Assembly (NCBI GenBank): GCA_963796055.1
Contig: CAWCKH010000003.1
Span: forward strand, 160,001-224,000
Length of the DNA stretch: 64,000 nt
Source of the DNA: an uncultured delta proteobacterium
Lineage (GTDB): Bacteria; Myxococcota; Myxococcia; Myxococcales; Myxococcaceae
Direction of reading: 5' to 3'
The notes under the pieces are model-generated. The model searched no databases and was not told the origin of the DNA. It worked only from the letters and a program-made list of their open reading frames with translations. The first letter of the stretch is position 1, and each line of letters starts with the position of its first letter. This document shows, one piece after another, positions 52,471 through 61,190 of this stretch. A program made the translations under genes and the position numbers.

Positions 52471-53337
52471 TCAGGCCAGGGCATCTGAGGGGCCGGGCCT
52501 CGGCCCTGTCAAGTTCGAGGCTCCCAGCAGCCGCGTCACGTCCGGCGCGAGCACCACGCGCCCATCGGGCGTCTGCCACCGCCCCGCCTCCTCCCCGGCG
52601 ACGAGCCGTTGCTCGATGCCCAGCACCCGCGAGGCGCACAGCGCGACCTGGATCCCGGCGAGCTCCAGCAGGACGACTTGTGGCTCGACCGCCAGCTGCC
52701 GGCCGAGGAAGGCGGGGAGCGCGTACACCGGCCAGAGCGCGCCGGCGTGGGCGAGCAGCCCGGCCACCACCCCTCCCGGCACCGGGAAGGGACAGAAGGC
52801 GGCCAGCACGGGGGAGATCTGCAGCACGTGGGCAAGCGGCACGCCGAACAGCGTCTCCCCCGACTCGAAGAGGAGCGCCGGACCCTGCGGGGCCTCCAGC
52901 CAGCTGACGACGCGCGGGGTGGGCGACGGGAGCATGCAGGTCTGCCCCAGCGCCTCGGCCCGCAGATCGAGGTAGAGCCGCCCCTGGTGCTGCAGCGCTC
53001 CCCGGACCAAGGTGCCGATCCGCTGTGCGAGATCCCGGGTGAGCTGGAAATGTGGCGCGCCGGCGACGTCCGCCACTTCCGCACCTTCTCGCACGCGGAC
53101 CGCCAGCGTGGGGCTGGTGTCGAGCAGGACCGCGAGCCCCGGCCGCCGCTCCGGTGCGCCGCCCATGAGCGTGGACAGGTCTTCCAGGGGGAAGACGCCG
53201 CGCACGGTGGCGCGTTCCCCGTCCGGATCGGGGGGCGTCACCTCGAGAACCCGGGAGGCCTCGAGGGCGTACCGCGCCGGCCCGGCCTCGAACAGGAGCG
53301 CGAGTCTCCGACCTCCGTCATGCATGTGCGCAGCCAT
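52471..53337 (-). CDS. Tandem CheW-domain protein (RomA-like)
   Basis: Two CheW-like halves (LLFEAG..RYALE...VLEV; LLFESG..LFGVPL..VLQI...VAGLL); directly upstream of romR. Confidence 0.8.
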   Translation of the reverse strand: MAAHMHDGGRRLALLFEAGPARYALEASRVLEVTPPDPDGERATVRGVFPLEDLSTLMGGAPERRPGLAVLLDTSPTLAVRVREGAEVADVAGAPHFQLTRDLAQRIGTLVRGALQHQGRLYLDLRAEALGQTCMLPSPTPRVVSWLEAPQGPALLFESGETLFGVPLAHVLQISPVLAAFCPFPVPGGVVAGLLAHAGALWPVYALPAFLGRQLAVEPQVVLLELAGIQVALCASRVLGIEQRLVAGEEAGRWQTPDGRVVLAPDVTRLLGASNLTGPRPGPSDALA

Positions 53338-53388
53338 GGAGGGACTTCCCGGATCCTGTCATGCTCGCCGGCCAGGCGCGAAGGACGA

Positions 53389-54735
53389 ATGGCGACCATC
53401 CTGCTGGTGGATGACGAGAAGGTCGCCCGTACGGTGTACGGCGACTACCTGACCGAGGCGGGTCACACGGTGACCTGCGTCAGCTCGGTGGCGGAGGCGC
53501 GCGCCGCGCTGGCGCTGCACCCGGTGGATCTGGTGGTCACCGACCTCATCCTTCCCGCGGGCGACGGGATGGACGTGCTCCAGCACACCCGCGAGCGGTA
53601 CCCGGGGGTGGAGGTGGTGGTCATCACCGCACTGGACAAGGTGGACCCGGCGGTCCGCGCCATCAAGAGCGGCGCCGCCGAATATCTGGTCAAGCCGGTC
53701 AAGCCCGAGGCGCTGAACCACGCGGTGAACCGGGCCCTGATGACCCGGGCGCTGCTGGCGGAGAACGCGGCGCTCAAGCGGCACCTCTCGCTGGTGGAGG
53801 CGGGCCAGCGGCTCCTCACCATGCTCGACCGTCCGCGCCTGGCGCAGGCCGCGACCTCGGCCTTCCTCCAGCTGTCGGGAGCGGAGGGAGTGCTGCTCTG
53901 GTCCCGGAGCGGCGACACGGTGCGGCTGGAGGCCTCCGAGGGCATCTCCTCCGAGGCGCTCCGGCACCTGGTGGTCCGCTACGACGCCGAGCTCCCCGAC
54001 CTCCCGGCGCGGCCGCTGGAGGCGGCGTGGCCCGAGGGCGCGGGCCGGGTGCTCGGCTTCCCGGTGGGTGAGGCCGGTCGCCACCGCGGCTGGGCGCTGT
54101 TGCTCAGCCGCGCACCGGCCAGCGACACCCTGCGGGAGGCCGCCGAGTACCTGGCGCGGCACCTCGCCCTGGCCTGGGACCACGTCGAGCGCTTCGCTCG
54201 GGTGGAGGACCTGGCCTACCTCGACGACCTCACCCGGCTCTACAACGCTCGCTACCTCGACGAGGCGCTCGACCGGGAGCTGCACGGCAGGGGACCCTTC
54301 AGCCTCCTCTTCCTCGACCTCGACCACTTCAAGAGCGTCAACGACACCCACGGGCACCTGGTGGGGAGCAAGCTCCTGGTGGAGGCCGCGCGGGTGGTGA
54401 AGTCCTGCACGCGGGATCAGGACGTGGTGGCCCGCTGGGGCGGCGACGAGTACGTGGTGCTGCTGCGCGAGACCGACAGCGGCGGCGCGCTCAAGGTGGC
54501 CGAGCGCATCCGGCGGACGGTGGAAGCCCACTCCTTCCTCGCCCGCGAGGGCTATGGGCTGGGGGTGACGGTGTGCATCGGGGTGGCGAGCCATCCCGAG
54601 CACGGGGTGGACCGGCGCACCCTGCTCGACCTCGCCGACCGGGCGATGTACCGCGGCAAGCGAACCTCGCGGAACGTGGTCTACGTCGCAGCCCCCGGGG
54701 CCGAGGAGGTCGTGAAGCGCAGCGGGGCGGCGTGA
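53389..54735 (+). CDS. REC-(GAF-like)-GGDEF dinucleotide cyclase, Hypr type
   Basis: REC LLVDDE/TDLILP; DDLTRLYNARY, DLDHFKSVNDTHGHLVGS, RDQD I-site, GGDEY, ADRAMY. Confidence 0.92.
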   Translation: MATILLVDDEKVARTVYGDYLTEAGHTVTCVSSVAEARAALALHPVDLVVTDLILPAGDGMDVLQHTRERYPGVEVVVITALDKVDPAVRAIKSGAAEYLVKPVKPEALNHAVNRALMTRALLAENAALKRHLSLVEAGQRLLTMLDRPRLAQAATSAFLQLSGAEGVLLWSRSGDTVRLEASEGISSEALRHLVVRYDAELPDLPARPLEAAWPEGAGRVLGFPVGEAGRHRGWALLLSRAPASDTLREAAEYLARHLALAWDHVERFARVEDLAYLDDLTRLYNARYLDEALDRELHGRGPFSLLFLDLDHFKSVNDTHGHLVGSKLLVEAARVVKSCTRDQDVVARWGGDEYVVLLRETDSGGALKVAERIRRTVEAHSFLAREGYGLGVTVCIGVASHPEHGVDRRTLLDLADRAMYRGKRTSRNVVYVAAPGAEEVVKRSGAA

Positions 54736-54816
54736 GAGCCGTTCTCTCTCCGGCGCGACAATGTCCAGCGCGGGGCTTGTGGCGGACGGCGGAAGCGCTC
54801 TAAGCCCCGACTCGCC

Positions 54817-55827
54817 GTGCGGGCACTCCGTCCTCGACCCCGGGCGCTGCTCCCGGGCCTGCTGCTGCTGGGCCTCGCCGGATGCGAGCAGCCCCCCGTT
54901 TCCGAGCTGACGTTCCGGGTGGGCTATCCGGACCTGCCGAGCACGGTGCTGCTGTACGTGGCCCATGACGCGCGGCTCTTCGCCGCCGAGCACCTCCGGG
55001 TGGAGGCCAAGGTCTTCCCCACCGGGCGCGAGGCGCTGGACGCGGCCATCGCCGGCGACCTCGACGCCGTGGTGGTCTACTCGACGCCGGTGGTGGTGGA
55101 GGCGATGCGTGGCGAGGACGTGGTGGTCCTCACCACCCTCCACCGTTCCGACGGCCTGACCGGGCTCGCGGTCCACCCCCGCTCGGGGATTCGCAGCGCC
55201 GCCGACCTGCGCGGCCATCGGATCGGCGTCACCCCCGGAACCTCCTCCCAGCTGGCGCTGGACGTGATGCTGGCCGAGGGGGGCCTCGAGCCCTCCGAGA
55301 TCCAGGCCATTCCCGGCCAGCCGAAGGAGTTGATGGCGGCCCTGGCCGAGGGACAGCTCGACGCCGCCTCGCTCTGGGTGCCGAACCTCCTGCTCGCCAC
55401 GGGCAAGGGGCCGGGTCAGGCGCGGCTCCTGACCTCGGAGGTGTACGCGGACATGAGCATGCTCGCCGGCATGCGCCCGCGCATCGAGGCCCGCCGGATG
55501 GAGGCCCGGCGCTTCCTCCGGGCGTTGCTACGGGCGCAGGCGATGATTCGCCGCCGTCCCCAGCTGGTGGAGTCCACCTTGCGGCCCCGGTTTCCGCAGC
55601 TCGACGCCGAACAGCTGGCCACCGTCATCTCGCACTCGAGGTTCGAGCTCGGGCTCTCGAACCTCCTGCTCAGCACGCTCCGCCAGGAGGGCGCCTTTCT
55701 CGAGCAGCGAGGGGAGACTCGGGCCGAGCGGGTCCAGTTCCGGGACGTGCTCGCCCCTTCGATGCTCGAGGAGCTGGCCCCGGAGTCGGTGACCCTCCTC
55801 AGCCCTCCGGAGCGGCCTCTCCGGTGA
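54817..55827 (+). CDS. NMT1/SsuA-like substrate-binding lipoprotein
   Basis: Lipobox LAGC; SGIRSAADLRGHRIGVTPGT; LDAASLWVP. Confidence 0.85.
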   Translation: MRALRPRPRALLPGLLLLGLAGCEQPPVSELTFRVGYPDLPSTVLLYVAHDARLFAAEHLRVEAKVFPTGREALDAAIAGDLDAVVVYSTPVVVEAMRGEDVVVLTTLHRSDGLTGLAVHPRSGIRSAADLRGHRIGVTPGTSSQLALDVMLAEGGLEPSEIQAIPGQPKELMAALAEGQLDAASLWVPNLLLATGKGPGQARLLTSEVYADMSMLAGMRPRIEARRMEARRFLRALLRAQAMIRRRPQLVESTLRPRFPQLDAEQLATVISHSRFELGLSNLLLSTLRQEGAFLEQRGETRAERVQFRDVLAPSMLEELAPESVTLLSPPERPLR

Positions 55828-57287
55828 GCCTCGGACGCAAGCTCGTCGGGCCCCAGGTGCTGCTCCTCGGGCTCATCGCTGGACTGGCCGCGACGCAGCT
55901 CCTGGTGGCGCGGCACGAGCGGCGTCAGCTGGAGGAGACGACGCAGCGGCTCCAGCAGACCGGGCTGCGAATCCAGCGGCTCGCCCAGCTCTTCTCCGAC
56001 ACCGAGCGCGATCTCCTCTCCGAGGTCATCACTCGCCAGGACCTGCTCACCCGCCGCATCGAGGAGAGTGAACGGGAGATCGATCTGTTGCTGGAGGAGC
56101 TCGCGCGGGCCGACTGGCACCCGCCGGGGGACACCCTCCTCCAGGACCTCCAGCGCCTGCGGGGACCGCTGGTCGAGGCCCAGCACGGGCTGCTCCAGGC
56201 GCGGGCCAGCGGCGAGAGCCGCTCGACGTTCGTCCGCTGGTGGTTCCTGGATCAGCGCGCCAACGCGGTTCTCGCCGACCTCTCGGCCGACAACCTCAAG
56301 GGCGTCGACCGGATCCTCGTGCAGGTGGGGACCACCCGACGTCGCTCGGACGTTCTGTTGCTCAGCCTCACCCTGCTCTGCGCGCTCACCGTGCTGGGGA
56401 TGACGCTGTTCGTGTTCCGCGGCGTGGTCGGGCCGCTGGTTCGCCTCACCGCCGCCAGCCAGACGCTGGGCGACGGGAGCACGGTGCCGGTGCTCCCCGG
56501 GAGGCGGGACGAGCTCGGCGCGCTCTCGCGGGTGCTGGCCAGGACCACCGAGCGGCTGGTCAGCACCAACGCCGAGCTCCAGGAGTCGCTGGCGGTGCGG
56601 GAGCGGTTCCTCTCCATCGCTGCCCACGAGCTGCGGACCCCGCTCACCTCGCTGTCGCTCCAGCTGGCGCTGCTCCAGCGGCGGATCGAGCAGGGGGCGG
56701 ATCGGGAGGCGCTGCGGGCCAACGCCGATGCGCTCGGCCGCCAGGCCCAGCGGCTGGCGCAGCTGGTGGGAGAGCTGCTGGACGTGACCCGCATCCAGCG
56801 GGGGCGGCTCGACCTCCAACGGGAGCAGGTGCGGCTGGACACGCTGGTCCAGGAGGTCTGTGCCCGCTGCGCCCCGCTGCTCGACGCCGGTCAGAACCGG
56901 CTCTCCCTCGACCTCGAACCCGAGGTGGTGTGCGAGGTGGATTCCTCGCGCCTGGACCAGGTGCTGGTCAACCTCCTGGGGAATGCCGCGCGGCATGCCC
57001 GGGGCGCGGAGATCGAGGTCGCCCTGTGGACCTCGCCCCGGGAGACCTGTCTTCGCGTCAGGGACTCGGGTCCCGGCATTCCCGAGGCGGTGCGGGCCAG
57101 GCTGTTCGAGCCGTTCGCCCGCGCTCCGGGCGCTGCGCCCGGGCTCGGCCTGGGGCTCTTCATCAGCCGGGAGATCGTCGAGGCCCACGGCGGGCGCATC
57201 GAGATGACGACGGCCCGCGGGGAGGGAACGGTCTTCACCGTTCACCTTCCGCGGCCCGGGAGATTGCGCTCGGCGCTGACCGGGTAA
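55824..57287 (+). CDS. Membrane sensor histidine kinase (HAMP-HisKA-HATPase)
   Basis: Two TMs, RRDELG HAMP, AHELRTPL, NLLGNA, DSGPGI, GLGLGL. Confidence 0.93.
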   Translation: MSLGRKLVGPQVLLLGLIAGLAATQLLVARHERRQLEETTQRLQQTGLRIQRLAQLFSDTERDLLSEVITRQDLLTRRIEESEREIDLLLEELARADWHPPGDTLLQDLQRLRGPLVEAQHGLLQARASGESRSTFVRWWFLDQRANAVLADLSADNLKGVDRILVQVGTTRRRSDVLLLSLTLLCALTVLGMTLFVFRGVVGPLVRLTAASQTLGDGSTVPVLPGRRDELGALSRVLARTTERLVSTNAELQESLAVRERFLSIAAHELRTPLTSLSLQLALLQRRIEQGADREALRANADALGRQAQRLAQLVGELLDVTRIQRGRLDLQREQVRLDTLVQEVCARCAPLLDAGQNRLSLDLEPEVVCEVDSSRLDQVLVNLLGNAARHARGAEIEVALWTSPRETCLRVRDSGPGIPEAVRARLFEPFARAPGAAPGLGLGLFISREIVEAHGGRIEMTTARGEGTVFTVHLPRPGRLRSALTG

Positions 57288-57288
57288 G

Positions 57289-57470
57289 GTCAGGGCGGCC
57301 GCAGTCGAGATCCGGGTCAGCGGATCCTCGGGCGCTAGGGTCGGCGAGTTCAGGGCGGCCGCAGTCAGTTAGTCAGGCGGCCGCAGTCGAGATCCGGGTC
57401 AGCGGATCCTCGGGCGCTAGGGTCGGCGAGTTCAGGGCGGCCGCAGTCAGTTAGTCAGGCGGCCGCAGTC
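57289..57470. repeat. Tandem array of two 82-83 bp units plus partial; reverse complement of the 23.2-kb repeat family
   Basis: Units start at 57289, 57372 and 57454 with GTCAG(G)GCGGCCGCAGTC; followed by AGCTCTAGTGG x2 (57471-57492). Confidence 0.93.
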
Positions 57471-57499
57471 AGCTCTAGTGGAGCTCTAGTGGCCGGTCC

Positions 57500-59140
57500 T
57501 CAGTAATCCATGTCCTCGCCGCCGTAGTCCGGCCCGCCGGCGGCGGCGCCGCCCTTGCTCTTCTTCTTGGGCTTCTCGGCGACCATGGCCTCGGTGGTCA
57601 GGAGCAGCGAGGCGACGGAGGCGGCGTTCTGGAGCGCGGTCCGCTCGACCTTGGTGGGGTCGATGACCCCGGCCTTCTCCAGATCCTCGTAGGTCTCGGT
57701 GCGGGCGTTGAGGCCGAAGGCGCCCTTGCCGGCCATGACCTTGTCCACCACCACCGCGCCTTCCAGTCCGGCGTTCTGGGCGATCCTCCGGAGGGGCTCG
57801 ACGAGGGCGCGCTTCACGATGTCCACGCCGAAGGACTGCTCGCCCGGAATCTTGAGGGTCTCCAGGGCCGGCAGGCAACGGAGGTACGCCACGCCGCCGC
57901 CGGGGACGATGCCCTCCTCCACCGCGGCGCGGGTAGCATGCAGCGCGTCCTCCACCCGGGCCTTTCGCTCCTTCATCTCCGTCTCGGTGGCGGCGCCGAC
58001 CTTCACCACCGCCACCCCGCCCACCAGCTTGGCCAGCCGCTCCTGGAGCTTCTCCCGGTCGTAGTCGCTGGTGGTCTCGTCGATCTGGACGCGGATCTGC
58101 TTGATGCGGGCCTCGATGTCCGGCTTCTTCCCCGCGCCATCGATGATGGTGGTGTTGTCCTTGTCGATCTTCACCTTCTTGGCGCGGCCGAGGTCGTTGA
58201 GGGTCACGCTCTCGAAGGTGATGCCCAGCTCCTCGCTGACCACCGTGCCGCCGGTCAGGACGGCGATGTCCTTGAGCATCTCCTTCCGGCGGTCACCGAA
58301 GCCCGGCGCCTTCACCGCGGCCACGTTGAGCACGCCGCGGAGCTTGTTCACCACCAGGGTGGCCAGGGCCTCGCCCTCCACGTCCTCGGCGATGATCAGC
58401 AGCGGCTTGCCCGAGCGCGCCACCTGCTCCAGCAGCGGGATGAGATCCGCCATGGCGCTGATCTTCTTCTCGCTGATCAGGATGGACGGGTCGTCCAGCT
58501 CGACCTCCATCCGCTCGCGGTTGGTGACGAAGTACGGGCTGATGTAGCCGCGGTCGAACTGCATGCCCTCCACCACCTCGAGGGTGGTCTCCAGCGCCTT
58601 GCCCTCCTCGACGGTGATGACCCCCTCCTTGCCCACCTTCTCCATGGCCTCGGCGATGATGTTGCCGATGGTCTCGTCGCCGTTGGCGGAGATGGCGCCG
58701 ACCTGGGCGATCTCCTTCTTGTCCTTGGTGGGCTTGCTGAGCTTCCTCAGCTCGGCCACCACGGTCTCCACCGCCCGGTCGATGCCGCGCTTGAGCTCCA
58801 TCGGGCCGTGGCCGGCGGCCACCAGCTTCAGGCCCTCCTCGTAGATGGCCCGGGCGAGGATGGTGGCGGTGGTGGTGCCGTCGCCGGCGGTCTCGGAGGT
58901 CTTGCTCGCCACCTCCTTCACCATCTGGGCGCCCATGTTCTCGAACTTGTTCTCCAGCTCGATCTCCTTGGCCACGGTGACGCCATCCTTGGTGATCGTC
59001 GGAGACCCGAACGACTTCTCGATGACCACGTTCCGGCCCTTGGGGCCGAGGGTCACCGCGACCGCGTCGGAGAGGACCCGCACCCCGCGCAGGATCGCGT
59101 CGCGCGCGCCCTGGTGGAAATAGATTTCCTTGGCTGCCAT
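57500..59140 (-). CDS. groEL: Chaperonin GroEL, stand-alone paralogue (GroEL2-type)
   Basis: [25 protein letters not shown]; ends [10 protein letters not shown]; no groES upstream. Confidence 0.97.
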   Translation of the reverse strand: MAAKEIYFHQGARDAILRGVRVLSDAVAVTLGPKGRNVVIEKSFGSPTITKDGVTVAKEIELENKFENMGAQMVKEVASKTSETAGDGTTTATILARAIYEEGLKLVAAGHGPMELKRGIDRAVETVVAELRKLSKPTKDKKEIAQVGAISANGDETIGNIIAEAMEKVGKEGVITVEEGKALETTLEVVEGMQFDRGYISPYFVTNRERMEVELDDPSILISEKKISAMADLIPLLEQVARSGKPLLIIAEDVEGEALATLVVNKLRGVLNVAAVKAPGFGDRRKEMLKDIAVLTGGTVVSEELGITFESVTLNDLGRAKKVKIDKDNTTIIDGAGKKPDIEARIKQIRVQIDETTSDYDREKLQERLAKLVGGVAVVKVGAATETEMKERKARVEDALHATRAAVEEGIVPGGGVAYLRCLPALETLKIPGEQSFGVDIVKRALVEPLRRIAQNAGLEGAVVVDKVMAGKGAFGLNARTETYEDLEKAGVIDPTKVERTALQNAASVASLLLTTEAMVAEKPKKKSKGGAAAGGPDYGGEDMDY

Positions 59141-59183
59141 CTGCAAACCTCCGGAAAACCTGCGTTTTTGAAAGTCGCCGGAC

Positions 59184-59210
59184 TTGGCACTCCCCGGCTG
59201 CGAGCGCCAA
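59184..59210. promoter_or_regulatory. CIRCE element (HrcA operator) overlapping the groEL -10 region
   Basis: TTGGCACTC-N9-GAGCGCCAA; minus-strand TTGACA at 59236-59231 and TAGGTT at about 59214-59209. Confidence 0.88.
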
Positions 59211-59261
59211 CCTAAAGGTCCCAGCGGCGTTGTCAACGTGAAGTGAGAGTCTCTCTGAAGG

Positions 59262-60353
59262 GTGCGAATCCTTTACGGGGTGGTGGGCGAAGGCATGGGG
59301 CACGCCACCCGGTCACGGGTGGTCCTCGAGGAGCTGGTCAAGGAGCACGAGGTGCAGGTGGTCGCCTCGGGCCGGGCACATGCGTACCTCGCCGAGCGCT
59401 TCCCGGACGTGCACCGCATCTGGGGGCTCACCATCCACTACGAGGGAAACGCCATCCGCCGGATCCCCACCGTGCTCCGCAACCTGCGCGGCGCGGTCCG
59501 GGGCTGGCCGAGGAACGTGGCCGAGTACTTCAAGCTCGTCGCCTCGTTCCGGCCCGAGGTGGTGATCAGCGACTTCGAGAGCTTCAGCTACTACTTCGGC
59601 AAGGCGCACCGGATCCCGGTCATCGACCTGGACAACATCCACGTCATCAGCAAGTGCCGGCACTCGCCCGAGCTGCTCCGCGGTCACGAGCGCGACTTCG
59701 GGCTCATCCGCAGCGTGGTTGCGGCCAAGCTGCCTCGGTGCTTCCACTACGTCATCCCGACGTTCTTCTACCCGCCCGTCCGCTCGAGGCGAACCACGCT
59801 GGTCCCGCCGGTGCTCAGACCCGAGGTGGTCGCGGCGAGGAGCGAGCGCGGCGAGCACCTCCTCGTGTACCAGACCGCGACCACCAACGTGGCCCTGCCG
59901 GAGGTGCTGCGCCGGCTCGGCGTCCCGGCGCGGGTCTACGGACTGAAGCGCGACTTGAAGGAAGATCTGGTGGAGGGGAGCGTGACCTACCGACCCTTCA
60001 GCGAGGCGGGCTTCATCGCCGATCTCCGCACCGCCCGCGCCGTGGTCGCCGGGGGCGGATTCACCCTGCTGAGCGAGGCGGTGTACCTCCGCAAGCCCGT
60101 GCTCTCCGTCCCGGTGGAACGGCAGTTCGAGCAGGTGCTCAACGCCCTCTACATCCAGGAGCTCGGCTACGGCGCCTACGCCCGGCGCCTGGGGGACGAG
60201 GTCCTCGAGACCTTCCTCGCGCGCGTGCCGAAGTACGAGCAGGCACTCGCCGGCTACACCCAGGACGGCAACAGGGTCGCCCTGACAGCGGTGAACGAGC
60301 AGCTGACCCGGGTGGCGGCACGGAAGAGATCGAGGGTGAACGCCCTGCCGTGA
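59262..60353 (+). CDS. MJ1255/VC2487-family glycosyltransferase
   Basis: [43 protein letters not shown]. Confidence 0.88.
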   Translation: MRILYGVVGEGMGHATRSRVVLEELVKEHEVQVVASGRAHAYLAERFPDVHRIWGLTIHYEGNAIRRIPTVLRNLRGAVRGWPRNVAEYFKLVASFRPEVVISDFESFSYYFGKAHRIPVIDLDNIHVISKCRHSPELLRGHERDFGLIRSVVAAKLPRCFHYVIPTFFYPPVRSRRTTLVPPVLRPEVVAARSERGEHLLVYQTATTNVALPEVLRRLGVPARVYGLKRDLKEDLVEGSVTYRPFSEAGFIADLRTARAVVAGGGFTLLSEAVYLRKPVLSVPVERQFEQVLNALYIQELGYGAYARRLGDEVLETFLARVPKYEQALAGYTQDGNRVALTAVNEQLTRVAARKRSRVNALP

Positions 60354-60445
60354 CCAACCTCGGGCTGGCGATTGGACTTTGGGCGTAGACAGTCGGACGA
60401 GGTCCCGCCCCGCCCTCACTGATATCGCCAGGACGGTTTGGGCCC

Positions 60446-60741
60446 ATGTCCTGGCGAAGGTGGAGAACGACCGTCTCGTTCCGCCTGATGCTCGTCTCCG
60501 CTCTCTCCCTGGGCAATGCGGGAGCCGCCATGGAGAACGATCTTGCCGACGCGGGCACCGGCTACCCCGAAAATCCGGTGTCCGACTACGTCAATCGCTC
60601 GAGCGATGGTCTGACCTCCGTCGAGGTGCCCGGCCCCAGCGCTCCGAGCGTCACCTCCGTCGACGTCGCCACGCCCGCGCCGACGTCGCCTTCAGCAAGG
60701 AGGGGGTGAGCTTCTACTTCTCGGTCGGCGAAGCGTTCTGA
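60446..60741 (+). pseudogene. Probable remnant of an Omp85/BamA-TamA family gene (signal-peptide N-terminus joined out of frame to the last beta-strands)
   Basis: 60673-60741 encodes ARADVAFSKEGVSFYFSVGEAF*, an Omp85-type C-terminus. The overlapping frame 60446-60709 has a signal-peptide-like N-terminus. Confidence 0.5.
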
Positions 60742-60853
60742 ACGACTCTCCCCGACGGGTCCGAGCGTGCGCCGGGCCGGAGCATTGCCCTGGCCCCCGA
60801 CGGCACATCTCGGTGGACAACGTGCCGGTGCCCGGCCACCATCTGCTGCTCCT

Positions 60854-60949
60854 GGTAGAGCCTCCGAGCCTGGTGGCCGGCCTGGTCTTCAAAACCAGTG
60901 GGACGGCGCGCGAGCGTCGTCCGGGTGGTTCGATTCCGCTGCTCTACCG
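60854..60949 (+). tRNA. selC: tRNA-Sec (anticodon TCA)
   Basis: 8-bp acceptor GGTAGAGC/GCTCTACC, TGGT D loop, CTGGT-CTTCAAA-ACCAG anticodon arm, long variable arm GGACGGCGC-GCGA-GCGTCGTCC, GGTTCGATTCC, G discriminator. Confidence 0.93.
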
Positions 60950-60964
60950 AACGAGGTGCAGGAC

Positions 60965-61141
60965 GTGCAGCATCTGATCAGCGCGTCGAGCCTGCTGCAG
61001 TACCTGCTCTTCCTCTGCGTCGTCACCGCGCTGGCCAAGCCGACGGGAGGCCACCTGGCGCGCGTCCTCGGCGAGACACCGCCCTTCTACCGTCTGCTCG
61101 GTCCGGTCGAGCAGCTGGTCTTCCGGCTCATCGGCCCCTAG
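60965..61141 (+). pseudogene. kdpA: Truncated kdpA (K+-ATPase A subunit) N-terminal fragment
   Basis: SASSLLQYLLFLCVVTALAKPTGGHLARVLG...LLGPVEQLVFRLIG resembles the KdpA N-terminus but stops after about 58 codons. Confidence 0.7.
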
Positions 61142-61159
61142 AGGACCCCTTGAGGGGTT

Positions 61160-61178
61160 CGCGCGAGCGTCGTCCGGG
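61160..61178 (+). repeat. 19-bp direct duplication of tRNA-Sec sequence (att-like)
   Basis: CGCGCGAGCGTCGTCCGGG is identical to 60907-60925. Confidence 0.8.
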
Positions 61179-61190
61179 GGCCGCGGCCGC

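Noticed and set aside
60767..60964. N-terminal part of the 124-aa ORF 60767-61141
   Set aside because: It overlaps tRNA-Sec; only the kdpA-like tail looks coding.
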